Below are positions 50,746 through 61,926 of a DNA stretch of 64,000 nucleotides, piece by piece. The notes under the pieces were generated by a model. It saw nothing but the letters and a program-made list of their open reading frames with translations, did no database searches and was not told the origin of the DNA. Source of the DNA: Monocercomonoides exilis PA203 (Eukaryota > Protista > Preaxostyla); the NCBI GenBank assembly GCA_001643675.2, contig LSRY02000012.1, forward strand, positions 1,240,001 through 1,304,000, read 5' to 3'. Numbering within the stretch: position 1 is the stretch's first letter; every line of letters starts with the position of its first letter. A program made the position numbers and the translations under genes.

Positions 50746-51327
50746 AATGGAATTAGTGAAAAGATAAGCATTTTATATTCTTATGCTTTTTATTGTAATA
50801 TTCACGAACAATTTTTTTCCATAAGTTAAAATTTTTTTATGTTTATTCATTTTTTGAGCTTTATATTATATGGCAATTGCTATGTATTTTATTGGCTTTT
50901 GCATTTTGATTTTTATCTTTATTTTTTATTTTTTATTTTTTCATTTCTTTACTATTTTGTTTTAATCTTAGAGGCTTTTATTTGAGTGCGATTTTATTTT
51001 TTTAATTTGCGTTTATTGAGGCGATAAAATGTCTATTTGTACGGTATTTTTTATAAAATCTATTCTTCGATAATTTTCTGCTAAAAACTTGTTGATTGAG
51101 AATTGGATACGGGAGTGAAAAACGAAATTTTAAATATTTCGATAAAATGCATCTTTCAAAAACTAAAAAAATAAATATGTCCACTGCTTTCGAATTTATA
51201 GCATATAAACAAAATACTGTTTCGATTTCTTATTTATCTAAAAAGCTGATCATTTTTGATCTTAATTTACGTTTATGATTAATTTGCTGTTTTTCTGGCC
51301 AAATTGCGGGAAACATACTTGTATTAA

Positions 51328-54300
51328 ATGCAGACATCCCTCAAAAGTGATTGGGAAATTAGATTCAGAATTCTATCAAATTGGGGACATCCTTCAGAAG
51401 TTGGATTGAATGCAATTGAGTTTTTTGATTCTTTTCACAGACAGATTTGCATACATCCAAATATGATAAGCATCAGAGAAAGGACAAGCCATCGTCTATC
51501 GACTAGAAAGGTTGAAGACTCTTTGCATTCGCATGATTTACCTTCAAAAGTAATAACATTTTCCGAAGCTGCTTCAACATTGGGGATTCTTCTTTCCAGA
51601 GTTCCAAGTAACGCCATCAAAAAAGAAGCTTGGAAGGCTCCATATCATTGTTCATCTGGGATGATGCTCGAAATCATTGTACGAACGCCATCTCCTGAAA
51701 TTGGATTATTTCCTCAACCTTCGGAAATAAGACTTTGGAATTATAATGTTAATCATTCTGATAACAAACGAGGAGTTAAAAAAATGGAAATTTTGATGAA
51801 TGGAGGAAATGTCTGGTCTGGAGAATTGCAAAGAGGAATTGGCACTGATCATGCATTGCCAACAATAATAACGCTTTTCTCTGAGCATCATCATCAAGGA
51901 TCATCTCATTCGCTTAAAGATACAACGAACCTTTCTGATGCCAAAAGTGCTGATGCACACACATCATCTTATTTGCATTCTTTTAACGATCGAAGTTTAG
52001 GACATACTCATTCCACCCATTCTCATTCACAACAAAAACTTCAACCATCTTTCAGTCAGTCATCTTCTTCTCCACAACACCGACCTTCTTCATCTTCCAC
52101 ATCATCTATACCGCATCACAGCTCCTATCATTCTCATTCATCACAAACATCTCAATCATTACACACTCAATCTCCCTCCCAATTCATGTCAAATCATTCT
52201 CAAAGCTCAGCGACTCCTTATCCTTCTGCTCAATCAACACATCACCGCAACCATTCAGCTTCACTTTCGCCATCACCTTCACCCACACCCGCACCTGCAA
52301 TTTCGCGCTCGCATTCACATTCTAATTCGCGTTCGAGTCGTCTGTCACATCACCCTCCTTCCTCGTCATCTCCTTTACTCCCATCTCCTTCTATCTTGCC
52401 TCTTGTTTCTCTTTCACAAACGCCTCTTTCTCCGAAAAGTCTTTCTCTGTCGCCCGTTCGCACTCTTTCTTCTCCCTCGATGCGTCCTCAAATAACTCAG
52501 CTTTTCACTTCAAAGGAAGCACCAGCAGCTCCTTCATCGTCTGTTGTTCCTCATCTTTCACCAATCACACTGACTCGGCCAAAGCAGCACCCAACACACA
52601 CCGCACCTTCTGTTACCAAGCCATTGCCTGATTCTCGAGGCAGCATCGCCCTTCTTCCCGCTGTTTCTTCCGCAATCCGCCCTGTTCCGCAGGTTGTGCC
52701 TACTCCTGTTCGTTTGAATGTCCCTGTGCAACCTGCACCAGCACCATCGCTTAAGCCACATCAGTCACAAGCAACAAAAACAGACAGAGCGACAACAACC
52801 AATCCTGTTCTTCCCCTCAAGCTGAGTCCTCAGCCCAGCCATTCTCAGCCTCAAGCTTCCCGGCCTGCACTGAGCCAGCCTGCCACAGCAGCTGAGCTGC
52901 TTCTTCATCTGGCAAAGCAGCAGCCGGCTTTGCTTTCTGCAGCCTCTTTGCTTCCCTCTGCGGTTCTTCCGCAGCTGTCTGTGGCTGCCCCTCAGCTGGC
53001 TTCGATGCTTCTTGCCTCTTCTGCGCTATCTATGCAAAGCCAAAATGCACTTCAAACACATGCTATGCAACATCCTGCCTCTTCATCAGCAGCCAACCCG
53101 AATTATATGCAGCTGCTTATGCTGCTGCAAATGATGGCCAACAGCAAAAATGCACAGGAACTGAAGAAGATTGTGGAGGCGAATGAAGCTGAGGCAAGAA
53201 AGAGTGATAAGAAGAATTCGCAGAAAAAAAGCAAGCACAGAAAGGAAAAAGAGGCGAAATCTGAAGAAGAAGCTGCGAAAAGCTCGAAGAAGAGTTCAGA
53301 TTCGCAAAGGGATTCGGTTGACAAGCAAAAAGAAGCTAAAACTGAAGAGAAAAGTTCGAGGCACAAATTGAAATTGCACGTGAAGAAACACAAACATGAA
53401 GCAGAACGCAATCAAGATGAACTGGAAAAGACAATGAAAGAAGATGTTTCTGAGAAAAAAGTATCGCTTGATGATGATGTTTCAAAAGAAGAGAAAATTT
53501 CCGGTGAGCAAATGATCGAATCAAGCAATAAGAATACGAGTGAAGTTGAAGTGCCGGCCAAAAAAATGATGATAAAGATTCCTTTGAAGCAGAGTGGTGT
53601 TCCGCAGGTCAAAACTGAGCGTCATTCAAGCAAAAATGAACAAATGGAAAAAGATAAACAAAGAGAACTGTCAAAGAATGAAAAAAATGAGGAAGAAAAA
53701 GAGAAAAATGTTGAGGCAAAATTAGCAGCATTACCAGCATCTTCTGAAGAGAAGAGAGAGAAACGAAGTTTTGCGAATCAAAAGCTGAAAATTAAACTGA
53801 AAAAGAGAATTCGATTGGAAGAAGAAGGAGAAGGAGAAGGAGAGGAAAAAGAACAAGTTTTGAAGGACGAACCGAAATTGAAGGAGAAAGAAGAAGATAA
53901 TAAGGAAAGAGTTGAAGAAAGAAGCAAAAGAAAATCCAGCAAAAAGCGAAATGAAGAGGCAAAAATGAATAAAGAAGAAGGAGAAAGAGAGAAAGAGAAA
54001 GAAGAGAAAGAAGAGAAAGAAGAACAGAAAGAAGGAAGAGAAGTGGATGGGGAAAAGTTCGAAGAAGCAAAGCATTTTCTAAGAAGCAAAAAATCGACTG
54101 AAGAGAAGAAAAAGAAGCAAAAATCAACAACACATGAGAAAAGCACAAGAGGAAAACACACACAAAAGATAGAAATGGAAGAAGAAAAAGGAGGAGAAAA
54201 AGGAGAAAGAAAAGTCAATGATAACAATGTCTTTGAGGATGAATCTGAAGATGAAGAGAAAAGCGAGGAGACAAAGAGCAAAGAAGAGCACGATAGAGAA

Positions 54301-57300
54301 ATCAGTCTGAGAGCAGCGCTCTTCAAAGAATCACTGCGAAATGCAGAACTGGAGACAGATGAGTCGGAAAGGGAAAATGAAATTATTGGAAAAAGGCGAA
54401 TTGTTAGAGAAGAGAGTGAAAAAGGCAAAGATGAAGATGAAGATGAAGAAGCAGTTGTGAGAGCAGCATTGAGCAAACGAGAGGAAGACTTGTCTGTTGA
54501 AAGGAAGAAAGGAACATTCAAGTTGAAATTGAATCAAAATAGAGAGAAAGACAAAAGGAATATGAGCAAAGAAAAAGATGTTAAGAAAGAAGAAGAAGAA
54601 GCTGAGAAGGCAAAGGAAAGTGACAATGAATCAAGAAATATGAATGTGGAACAAGTAACAGCTGAACAATTATCTCCAAACGAAGATTCGCAGGTCGTTC
54701 AGACAAAAGCTGATAAAAAAGGAAAGGAAAGGACTAAAAAAGTGAAAAGGGGGAGAAGAGAATTGAGTGCACTGAATATTGGAGAAATGGAATCGGAGAG
54801 GCAGAAAGAAGAAGAAGAAGAGAAAGAGAAAGAAGAAGAGGAGGAGGAGGAGGAAGAGAAGGAAGAGGAGGAGAAAGACAACGATGAACTATCTGAGACA
54901 GATGAGGAAATTGAAAGGAAGAAAAATCAAATTGCAAAGTTGAAGGAAAAACTGAGGCGGATGCATTTTGATAGTAAAAAGAGGTTCAGTTTCAGGTCAA
55001 AAGATCATAATAAGTCGAAAGAGAAAGAGAAAGAGAAAGAGACGGAAACTGAGACTGAGAAAGAAAAGGAGAAAGGGAAAGGGAAAGAAAAGGAAAAAGA
55101 GAAAAGGAAGGGGGAAAAAGGCGAAAAAGGCAAATCACATAAAAAATCTAAAAGTGAAAAAGAGGAATCCGAACAAGGGCAAATCGCAGAGCTGGATGCA
55201 GAATATGAGGAAAAGGCAAAAGCAGAGGCAGAGTCTCTTCATCAGCAAGCATTGAAGATCAAAGGGATGCTGAGCAGCAAGACGAAGAAGCGAAGAGAAG
55301 AGGAGAAGAAGAAGAGAAGAAGAGGACACCCACAAATCTTCAAATCAGACCGCGTGTTGAGAGATAGCACTGTGAAAGAGCACAAAAATGAGGCAGAGGC
55401 AAAGAAAGAAGCTGGAAAGGGAATGAAAATGCGGAAGGTGCCGCGGGAGCTGCTGCAGATCACAACAGAGGAAGAGGGGAAAAGAAGTCTGGAGACGAAA
55501 CGGCAGTCAACAGAAAGAAGTGAACTGAGAAGGAAAGGAATTTTGCGCTTGAGACGGCCGGACAAAAAGGTTAGGGTGGTTAAAGAAGACGATACAGATG
55601 ACAACTCTTCGGAGAGCGGGAAGGAAGAAAATGAAAGTTCTGAGAAGGAGAAATCCAGTGGTGATTCTTCAGAAGGCTCAAAGACAGCTGGTGTGGAGTC
55701 AGAGGCTGAGCAAAGTGAAATTGAAAGCACTAACAAGGAAGAAGAAGAGGTAGAAGAAGAAGGCAACGAAGGCGAAGGCAACGAAGAGAATGAAGGGAAT
55801 GAAGGGAATGATGCTTCAAAGGAGAGTCCGAAGAAGTCCAAGAAGAAGCATGAGATTGAGCAGCGGTTTATCAAAGAGCTGTTTCAGTTGATGTCTGGCC
55901 AATCATTTGACGAGAGCATAGACGCCAGCAGGGCACAAGGTGAGGATGTTGAGAATGAAGAAGGGAAGACTAAAAGTGGGGTGAAGAAAGCAGATAAAAA
56001 GAAGCAGCGTTCAGATGAAAAGGGGAAGCACAAAAAGTCTGGGCATTCTACAAATGAGTCAGATAGAGGCAAAGAGGACAAGAAGAAAGAGAAAGAGAAG
56101 AAAGAGCTGAAGGAGCTGAAGGACATTGACCACTGGTTCTCACCCGAACACGAGCAGTTCTACTACAAAAGCGGCAACACGTTCCACAAACTGCGACTGC
56201 TGCGGCGGGAGATGCAGATGTCCAAAGCGAAGAAGCTGCTGAAGGAGCAGCAGAAGGCCAAAGCGAAGTCGTCGAGGAGAGAAGAAGACTCAGAGCAGGC
56301 GAAGAGAGAGATGGCAGCAAAGAAGCAGGAGAAGGAAGAGAAGCGGAGAGAGAAAAGACTGCAGGAGCTGAAGGAGAAGCAGAAAGAAGAAGAGCGCAGG
56401 CTGAATTTGAGGTTTTCGAGGAAGTTCTGGACACAGGAAAGAGACGCGATGTTGTCGTTGTTTGCGCTTTCAGACAGCGAGAGCAGCAGCGAGGAAGAAG
56501 AGAAGGCTCAAAAGGAGAAACCAAAAGTCAGCACAACAAGACGCAATATCTACAGAGAAGCAATGAAAAAGAAGAACGAGGCTGCGAAAGAAAAAGTCAA
56601 GCCGAAAACTGAAGAGAACGTAAATCCACAGCCGCTTATTGAAGATAACGATGCAAATGATCTGAAACACCAGAAAATGCGAATTATTATGGAAGCTGTG
56701 GAGAAAGGTTTCAACCCTTGTGAGTTCTTTCCGCACGACGAAGGGCTCAAAAAGTGGATGACGCAGCGGCAGAGGAGGAAGCACAGCCTCACCTCTGCCT
56801 CGCCTTCTCCGGCTGCTGGTGGCTCTCGTGCTGTTTCTTTGTCACCGGGTGTCAGGGCTTCTCGAAGCAATGGAATATCTCCTGCTTATTTGGCTGTGTC
56901 CGGTAATTCTCCATCTGTTATTAGGGCTGATGGCAAAGCAGCAGGTGAAAAGGAAAATCAGAGTGTCAGTCAATTGCTTATCAAAGCAGATGATGCTCTC
57001 ATTCTGGATTCTTTGCCTTTGCTTTCGAAGAATTCTCTTGAGTTTCCTGAGCAAAACGAAGAGCTGCTGAAGTTCTCCACACTCAACTTGACTGCAACAC
57101 CAAAGAATCCATCAGAGAGCCCAAATGAATCTTCTGAAAAGAATTGCATTTTATCTGAAAATGTCATGTCTTCCACCCCAAAACTTGCATCTTCAAGAAC
57201 AGATTCAGATGCAAATTCATATCCACTTTCGTTTTCCTCTCTATTGTTACGTCAGTCTTCATCAACAATTTCAACGGAGAGTCCTTTGAAAGGATTGTCT

Positions 57301-59445
57301 GTTTCACAGCAAGAGAATTCTGATGAAGGTCAATCAAATTCATCCTCAATGCAGAAGCCTTTGGCAGTTCGATGCTCTGCACTCGAAGGCAAAGAAGCGA
57401 GTGATTCAGTGTTCACCTCAAATTACACGCTTCCATGTTATTTCGACCCATCGCCTGTTGTTGAGGTGAAGCCACAGATTGAAGAAAGACTTCTGACACT
57501 TCTGACACGCGATGCATGCTTATCACAGACATATCCGAGGCCGACGATGATTGAGTATTTGGACCAAATCCCTTCCTCCATCAGCGAGAGAGACGACGAA
57601 AGCTGCGAGTCAGAAAGAGAGCTGAGTCTGTGCAGCTTTGACGACGAAGAAGTGCTCTCTGACGACTTCTCCTTTTTGAGTGAGTCAAATGCGTCGAGCG
57701 ATGCAATCAAAACTGATGCTGTGAATGGAATGCACAAGCTGTTTCCTGTCAGGCAAATGAAAGAGGAGTTTGACCGCGCCATTTGCTTGAGGCAAGGGCG
57801 GGACGATGATCGTCTGTCGCTGGGCCATCCGTTTGAGTCGCTGCCGTCTTTTAATGTCGAAAGAGATGGCTGGCTGACGCTGGGCGAATGGATCGAGGAG
57901 AAGAAGAGCGAGTCTGAAACACTCAGAGACATTCTCATCGGCTCGTTGGCAGACAGAGTGAAGTCAGTTTATGATTTGGCAGAGAAAGATGCGTTGCTGC
58001 GCTTTGGGTGGGAAGATAAGCCAAATGATGATGTTATTTCTGTGTTGTCAAACAGCAATTCATTCTGTCATTCCACAAAATCCATGGTAAAGGAAGATTC
58101 ATATGCGAATGGATTTGAAGGAGATGATAACAAATTGACATGTCATTGTGATGAAAGAATTAACTTTAAGGAAATCTATCTGACAGTTGAAGACGATAAG
58201 CCCGAATATAACATTAGCAAAGACAATGTTGAACTTTCTAGTTCTTCAAATGCACTGGAGCGTGTGATGGCAATGCGACGTTTGAAAAAGGATTCTGAGG
58301 TTAAAATTGAGTCATCAAATGAAGAAATTGAGAGCGAGCAATCAAAGAGCGAGGATTGTGAACAGGCAGATCAAGGCAGCACTTCAGACCTGGATGAGTT
58401 TCTCCGTTTGAGCTGTCAGAAGTGCCGGTTGTTCATCATTGACTCAACAAGAGCTGATGTGCTTCAGAGAGAAGTACAAAGGCGAGACAAAATGCAGAAA
58501 ATGTCTGTTTTCAACCCATCTATTCCTGATATCATTACACCCACTCAAGCACCATCAGACACTCCATCTCAGTTAAATTCCACTGAAAACAATTCTGTTC
58601 CCACTTCACGTTGTTGTTCTGCATTAGGCAAAGATGCGTTATCTCCCTCACGAATCCCGTTTGTCGTGCCTCCAACAGACTACGTGCTGTCATTTGCCTT
58701 CAAAACAACGCTGACACACCTCGAATGGCAGGCGCTACGTGTCATTTTGTCGCAGCAGGACAAGAACCTGTCGATGCAGCGCTCGGGAATCCACAGCCAC
58801 GGTCTGTTTGCGTGTGCCTTCATCCACCGCGGGGTGCCGATCATCGAGTACAGCGGCGCCAGAGTCAGTGTGGGTGTGGGCGGGCTGAGGGAGCGTGTCT
58901 ACGAGTGGGAGAGCGGGGCTGATGGCGGGTCTTATATCTTTGGTGTGGACGAGGAGGTGATGGTGGATGCGACGAAGGACGGGAACAAGGCGAGGTACAT
59001 CAACCACTCGTGCTCGCCAAACTGCTGGGCAGAAATCGTTGATGTGCAGCTGAATGACGAAGAAGAGACTGCAGGCGTGTTTGTGGAGAGAAACGAAAAC
59101 GAGGAAGGAGAGGATGGGCCTGCTGAAGATGAGTCAGACAGGAAACAGAGGCAGAAGCAGAATCTGCTGAAAGTGTCAAAGAACAAGGCCAAAGAGAAGC
59201 TGACGATGCTTCTTGAAGAGTCCGACCAGCAGCGCGAATACGAAAGAGAACTGCGGCGCCTGCGGGAGCATCGTTGGATGGGCGACCGAAAATACAAGTA
59301 TGTGAAAAAGATCATTTTGTATGCAAAAAGAGACATTCTTCCTGGTGAAGAGCTCACATACGATTACAAATTTCCGTTTGAACCAGATGAGAAGAAGGTT
59401 AAGTGTACTTGTGGTGCTCCGAATTGCTGCGGTTATCTGAATTAA
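51328..59445 (+). CDS. SET1: SET1-like H3K4 methyltransferase with N-terminal KATNIP/DUF4457-like domain, 2705 aa single ORF
   Basis: C-terminus: RSGIHSHGLFA, IEYSG, VDATKDGNKARYINHSCSPNC, GEELTYDYKF, post-SET CTCGAPNCCGYLN. N-terminus: ILSNWGHPSEVGLNAIEFFD, IRLWNYN...RGVK. Confidence 0.85.
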   Translation: MQTSLKSDWEIRFRILSNWGHPSEVGLNAIEFFDSFHRQICIHPNMISIRERTSHRLSTRKVEDSLHSHDLPSKVITFSEAASTLGILLSRVPSNAIKKEAWKAPYHCSSGMMLEIIVRTPSPEIGLFPQPSEIRLWNYNVNHSDNKRGVKKMEILMNGGNVWSGELQRGIGTDHALPTIITLFSEHHHQGSSHSLKDTTNLSDAKSADAHTSSYLHSFNDRSLGHTHSTHSHSQQKLQPSFSQSSSSPQHRPSSSSTSSIPHHSSYHSHSSQTSQSLHTQSPSQFMSNHSQSSATPYPSAQSTHHRNHSASLSPSPSPTPAPAISRSHSHSNSRSSRLSHHPPSSSSPLLPSPSILPLVSLSQTPLSPKSLSLSPVRTLSSPSMRPQITQLFTSKEAPAAPSSSVVPHLSPITLTRPKQHPTHTAPSVTKPLPDSRGSIALLPAVSSAIRPVPQVVPTPVRLNVPVQPAPAPSLKPHQSQATKTDRATTTNPVLPLKLSPQPSHSQPQASRPALSQPATAAELLLHLAKQQPALLSAASLLPSAVLPQLSVAAPQLASMLLASSALSMQSQNALQTHAMQHPASSSAANPNYMQLLMLLQMMANSKNAQELKKIVEANEAEARKSDKKNSQKKSKHRKEKEAKSEEEAAKSSKKSSDSQRDSVDKQKEAKTEEKSSRHKLKLHVKKHKHEAERNQDELEKTMKEDVSEKKVSLDDDVSKEEKISGEQMIESSNKNTSEVEVPAKKMMIKIPLKQSGVPQVKTERHSSKNEQMEKDKQRELSKNEKNEEEKEKNVEAKLAALPASSEEKREKRSFANQKLKIKLKKRIRLEEEGEGEGEEKEQVLKDEPKLKEKEEDNKERVEERSKRKSSKKRNEEAKMNKEEGEREKEKEEKEEKEEQKEGREVDGEKFEEAKHFLRSKKSTEEKKKKQKSTTHEKSTRGKHTQKIEMEEEKGGEKGERKVNDNNVFEDESEDEEKSEETKSKEEHDREISLRAALFKESLRNAELETDESERENEIIGKRRIVREESEKGKDEDEDEEAVVRAALSKREEDLSVERKKGTFKLKLNQNREKDKRNMSKEKDVKKEEEEAEKAKESDNESRNMNVEQVTAEQLSPNEDSQVVQTKADKKGKERTKKVKRGRRELSALNIGEMESERQKEEEEEKEKEEEEEEEEEKEEEEKDNDELSETDEEIERKKNQIAKLKEKLRRMHFDSKKRFSFRSKDHNKSKEKEKEKETETETEKEKEKGKGKEKEKEKRKGEKGEKGKSHKKSKSEKEESEQGQIAELDAEYEEKAKAEAESLHQQALKIKGMLSSKTKKRREEEKKKRRRGHPQIFKSDRVLRDSTVKEHKNEAEAKKEAGKGMKMRKVPRELLQITTEEEGKRSLETKRQSTERSELRRKGILRLRRPDKKVRVVKEDDTDDNSSESGKEENESSEKEKSSGDSSEGSKTAGVESEAEQSEIESTNKEEEEVEEEGNEGEGNEENEGNEGNDASKESPKKSKKKHEIEQRFIKELFQLMSGQSFDESIDASRAQGEDVENEEGKTKSGVKKADKKKQRSDEKGKHKKSGHSTNESDRGKEDKKKEKEKKELKELKDIDHWFSPEHEQFYYKSGNTFHKLRLLRREMQMSKAKKLLKEQQKAKAKSSRREEDSEQAKREMAAKKQEKEEKRREKRLQELKEKQKEEERRLNLRFSRKFWTQERDAMLSLFALSDSESSSEEEEKAQKEKPKVSTTRRNIYREAMKKKNEAAKEKVKPKTEENVNPQPLIEDNDANDLKHQKMRIIMEAVEKGFNPCEFFPHDEGLKKWMTQRQRRKHSLTSASPSPAAGGSRAVSLSPGVRASRSNGISPAYLAVSGNSPSVIRADGKAAGEKENQSVSQLLIKADDALILDSLPLLSKNSLEFPEQNEELLKFSTLNLTATPKNPSESPNESSEKNCILSENVMSSTPKLASSRTDSDANSYPLSFSSLLLRQSSSTISTESPLKGLSVSQQENSDEGQSNSSSMQKPLAVRCSALEGKEASDSVFTSNYTLPCYFDPSPVVEVKPQIEERLLTLLTRDACLSQTYPRPTMIEYLDQIPSSISERDDESCESERELSLCSFDDEEVLSDDFSFLSESNASSDAIKTDAVNGMHKLFPVRQMKEEFDRAICLRQGRDDDRLSLGHPFESLPSFNVERDGWLTLGEWIEEKKSESETLRDILIGSLADRVKSVYDLAEKDALLRFGWEDKPNDDVISVLSNSNSFCHSTKSMVKEDSYANGFEGDDNKLTCHCDERINFKEIYLTVEDDKPEYNISKDNVELSSSSNALERVMAMRRLKKDSEVKIESSNEEIESEQSKSEDCEQADQGSTSDLDEFLRLSCQKCRLFIIDSTRADVLQREVQRRDKMQKMSVFNPSIPDIITPTQAPSDTPSQLNSTENNSVPTSRCCSALGKDALSPSRIPFVVPPTDYVLSFAFKTTLTHLEWQALRVILSQQDKNLSMQRSGIHSHGLFACAFIHRGVPIIEYSGARVSVGVGGLRERVYEWESGADGGSYIFGVDEEVMVDATKDGNKARYINHSCSPNCWAEIVDVQLNDEEETAGVFVERNENEEGEDGPAEDESDRKQRQKQNLLKVSKNKAKEKLTMLLEESDQQREYERELRRLREHRWMGDRKYKYVKKIILYAKRDILPGEELTYDYKFPFEPDEKKVKCTCGAPNCCGYLN

Positions 59446-59930
59446 GAAACCAAAGAGCGTTATCTTATATTCAATGGTATTTCTATTGATATTGAAAAAC
59501 TTTTCTTTTCCTTTATTCTTTTTTATTTTTAATTTTATTTTTAATTTTATTTGTTGATTCAACATCCCACAAATAATATGTTTATCTTTTCACTGATGTT
59601 TTTATTTTGTTCTTCATCACTTGATGTTGAAGTCTTAATAATTCTTTTTTTATACAAATAGAATTATGCAAATGTTGTTAGTTTTTTCCAATTGCGTTTC
59701 ATTCAGTTAGTTTTTCTTTATTAGATAATGAAAGATTATTTTGAATTCCTTTTTTATCCATTTAGTCAAACATATTGAGATCTCTTTAAAAGAAAAGATT
59801 CAAATGGAATTTTTTTTAAAGTGCAAATTTTTAAACATTATTAATAAATTCGAAGTGAATTATAGACAACAGATTTGAACTGATGGAATTAAACGTAATT
59901 AATAAGATCTGTCCTTTAATATTGTGATGA

Positions 59931-61445
59931 ATGACTTCAAAAAACGAAACTCTTATTGTGAATGAAAGACAACTTTCGTTACCAAAAGAAAATATAGAAA
60001 AGACTTTTACGATAAGCTCGTTTAACATTTTACTTCAAAAATTGTGCACTGAGAAGTATTTTCCATATTCAGCGAATACAGACAGAAAACAAGGAACTCG
60101 GTCAAAGCGGATTGTGGATGAAATGACTTTTTTGAATTCAGATATATTTTGTTTGCAAGAAGTGGATTTGTTGGAAATATTAAAGAAAAATTTTGAAGGA
60201 CAATATGATTTTTGCTTTTTCAATCGACCATCAACTTTTCAACTTTTGCAAGGTAGAAGCAGTAAAAGAATTGATGGAGTTGCTGTTCTTCTTAAAAAAT
60301 CAAAGTTTAAATTGATATGTCAACAGATTGTCGATTATAATAGACTTTCTATTTCGATCGATCCAGAATATGCGAAATTCATATTTAAAGATGCACCGCT
60401 GAAGGAGACCTACAAAGGTGAAAACTTTGAAGAAGCAAAAGCTGATGACGAGGAAAGTAATTTCTTAAATAAAGTTGCAACACTTCCCAATTTCCTTCAG
60501 GTGTTTCTAACAGATAATATTGGATGTCTTCTTTGTGTCGAAATTATTGACCCATCCATTGTGCCAGATGCTGATGGAACATGTAATTACCGAAATATTA
60601 TGTTTTTGGCAAGTACTCATTTATATTGGGATCCTGTTTTGGATGCTCTAAAGACAGAGCAGATGAGATGCCTTTTAAGAGAACTTTCAATTTTTAGAAG
60701 AAAATTGTTAAAAGAACTTCAAACTAAAGAGGGAGAAATGGCTGTACGAGAAATCGGAACATTTGTTTGCGGAGATTTTAATTCATTGCCTGATTCAAAT
60801 GTATACAAACTATGTACTCATTCATCACTTCAATTAGCTGATTATGATGTTTCGAAACATGAGCAACTCCCCAAAAAAGAAAGCGAAGAGAAAGAAAGGG
60901 AATCTGATGTTTATTCAATGGAAGAAGAAATTCTATGGAAAGGAATTAAAGAAGAGAAAAGAAAAGAGCAAAATGAGATGGATTCATTAAGTCATTCATA
61001 TGGCAGTATTTTGCCTCTTTGCTCCTCTTACCATCAAATACTTGGTGCTGAGCCAAAATATACCAATTTTACTGCTGGATTTAAAGGGTGTCTTGACTAT
61101 GTGCTTTTCTCGCCTGGAACAATAGGGTCAAAATGTGAGCATGGAGAAATAAGTACTTCGTCAGCAACTCCTACAAGTAACTCTTCCACTGAATCTTCCT
61201 CATCACTTTCTCTATCTGAGCATCCGTCTTCTTCTTCTTCTTCTTCTTCAGCATCATCTTCAACATCTCCTTCAATGACTTCTTCATCTGTACAATCGTC
61301 CGTTAATCCGACTTTAAGTTGCGTTGGAATTCTTCTTCCTCCAAATGATGAATTATTGTCGCAACACGTTGCTCTTCCAAGTTGTCGCTGTGGATCTGAT
61401 CATATTTCTTTACAATCATTTTTTAAATTATTTCTAGGGAAATAA
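59931..61445 (+). CDS. CCR4/nocturnin/Angel-family EEP deadenylase/phosphatase (no LRR)
   Basis: SFNIL, CLQEVD, THLYWDP, CGDFNS, TNFT..FKGCLDY, GSDH. Confidence 0.92.
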   Translation: MTSKNETLIVNERQLSLPKENIEKTFTISSFNILLQKLCTEKYFPYSANTDRKQGTRSKRIVDEMTFLNSDIFCLQEVDLLEILKKNFEGQYDFCFFNRPSTFQLLQGRSSKRIDGVAVLLKKSKFKLICQQIVDYNRLSISIDPEYAKFIFKDAPLKETYKGENFEEAKADDEESNFLNKVATLPNFLQVFLTDNIGCLLCVEIIDPSIVPDADGTCNYRNIMFLASTHLYWDPVLDALKTEQMRCLLRELSIFRRKLLKELQTKEGEMAVREIGTFVCGDFNSLPDSNVYKLCTHSSLQLADYDVSKHEQLPKKESEEKERESDVYSMEEEILWKGIKEEKRKEQNEMDSLSHSYGSILPLCSSYHQILGAEPKYTNFTAGFKGCLDYVLFSPGTIGSKCEHGEISTSSATPTSNSSTESSSSLSLSEHPSSSSSSSSASSSTSPSMTSSSVQSSVNPTLSCVGILLPPNDELLSQHVALPSCRCGSDHISLQSFFKLFLGK

Positions 61446-61926
61446 ACTATAATATATTTATCAAAAAGCTATTCCTTTTTGTTATGGAAAAAAAACTATT
61501 TTTCAGCTTTTCTTTACAATTAATTATCTATAAATAGAAATGTTAAAGTTAACAATTTTCGTGCTTAACTTTATGAATCTTTCAAATAAAACGTTTTTCA
61601 TATTATTGTTCATATGCGATAACGTAAATTCATCGTTCATTTTGATAATTCCGCTAAATTAACTCATGAAGAAATATATTATATTGGGTGCAGAAAGATC
61701 AAATCAATTTGATTTCATTTTTGCTGAATCGAATTTTGATTTGAATAGAAAAATTATAATCTACCTTGCTTTGTTTGTACTTATATTAGTGATTTTATAA
61801 TTTTTTATTAGTTATACTTTATTTTTGTTGCACTTCTTAGAAATCTTTTGTTTTGTTTCGTTGCAAAGCAAATTTAAGAATAGGTCATATTTCTATATCT
61901 GAATAGGATTATTCACTTTATTGTAA

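Noticed and set aside
40378-59357. Many antisense S/F/L-rich ORFs (also at 4868-9055 and 33835-36042)
   Set aside because: These are shadows of E/K-rich or GC-rich sense coding sequence and show no independent motifs.
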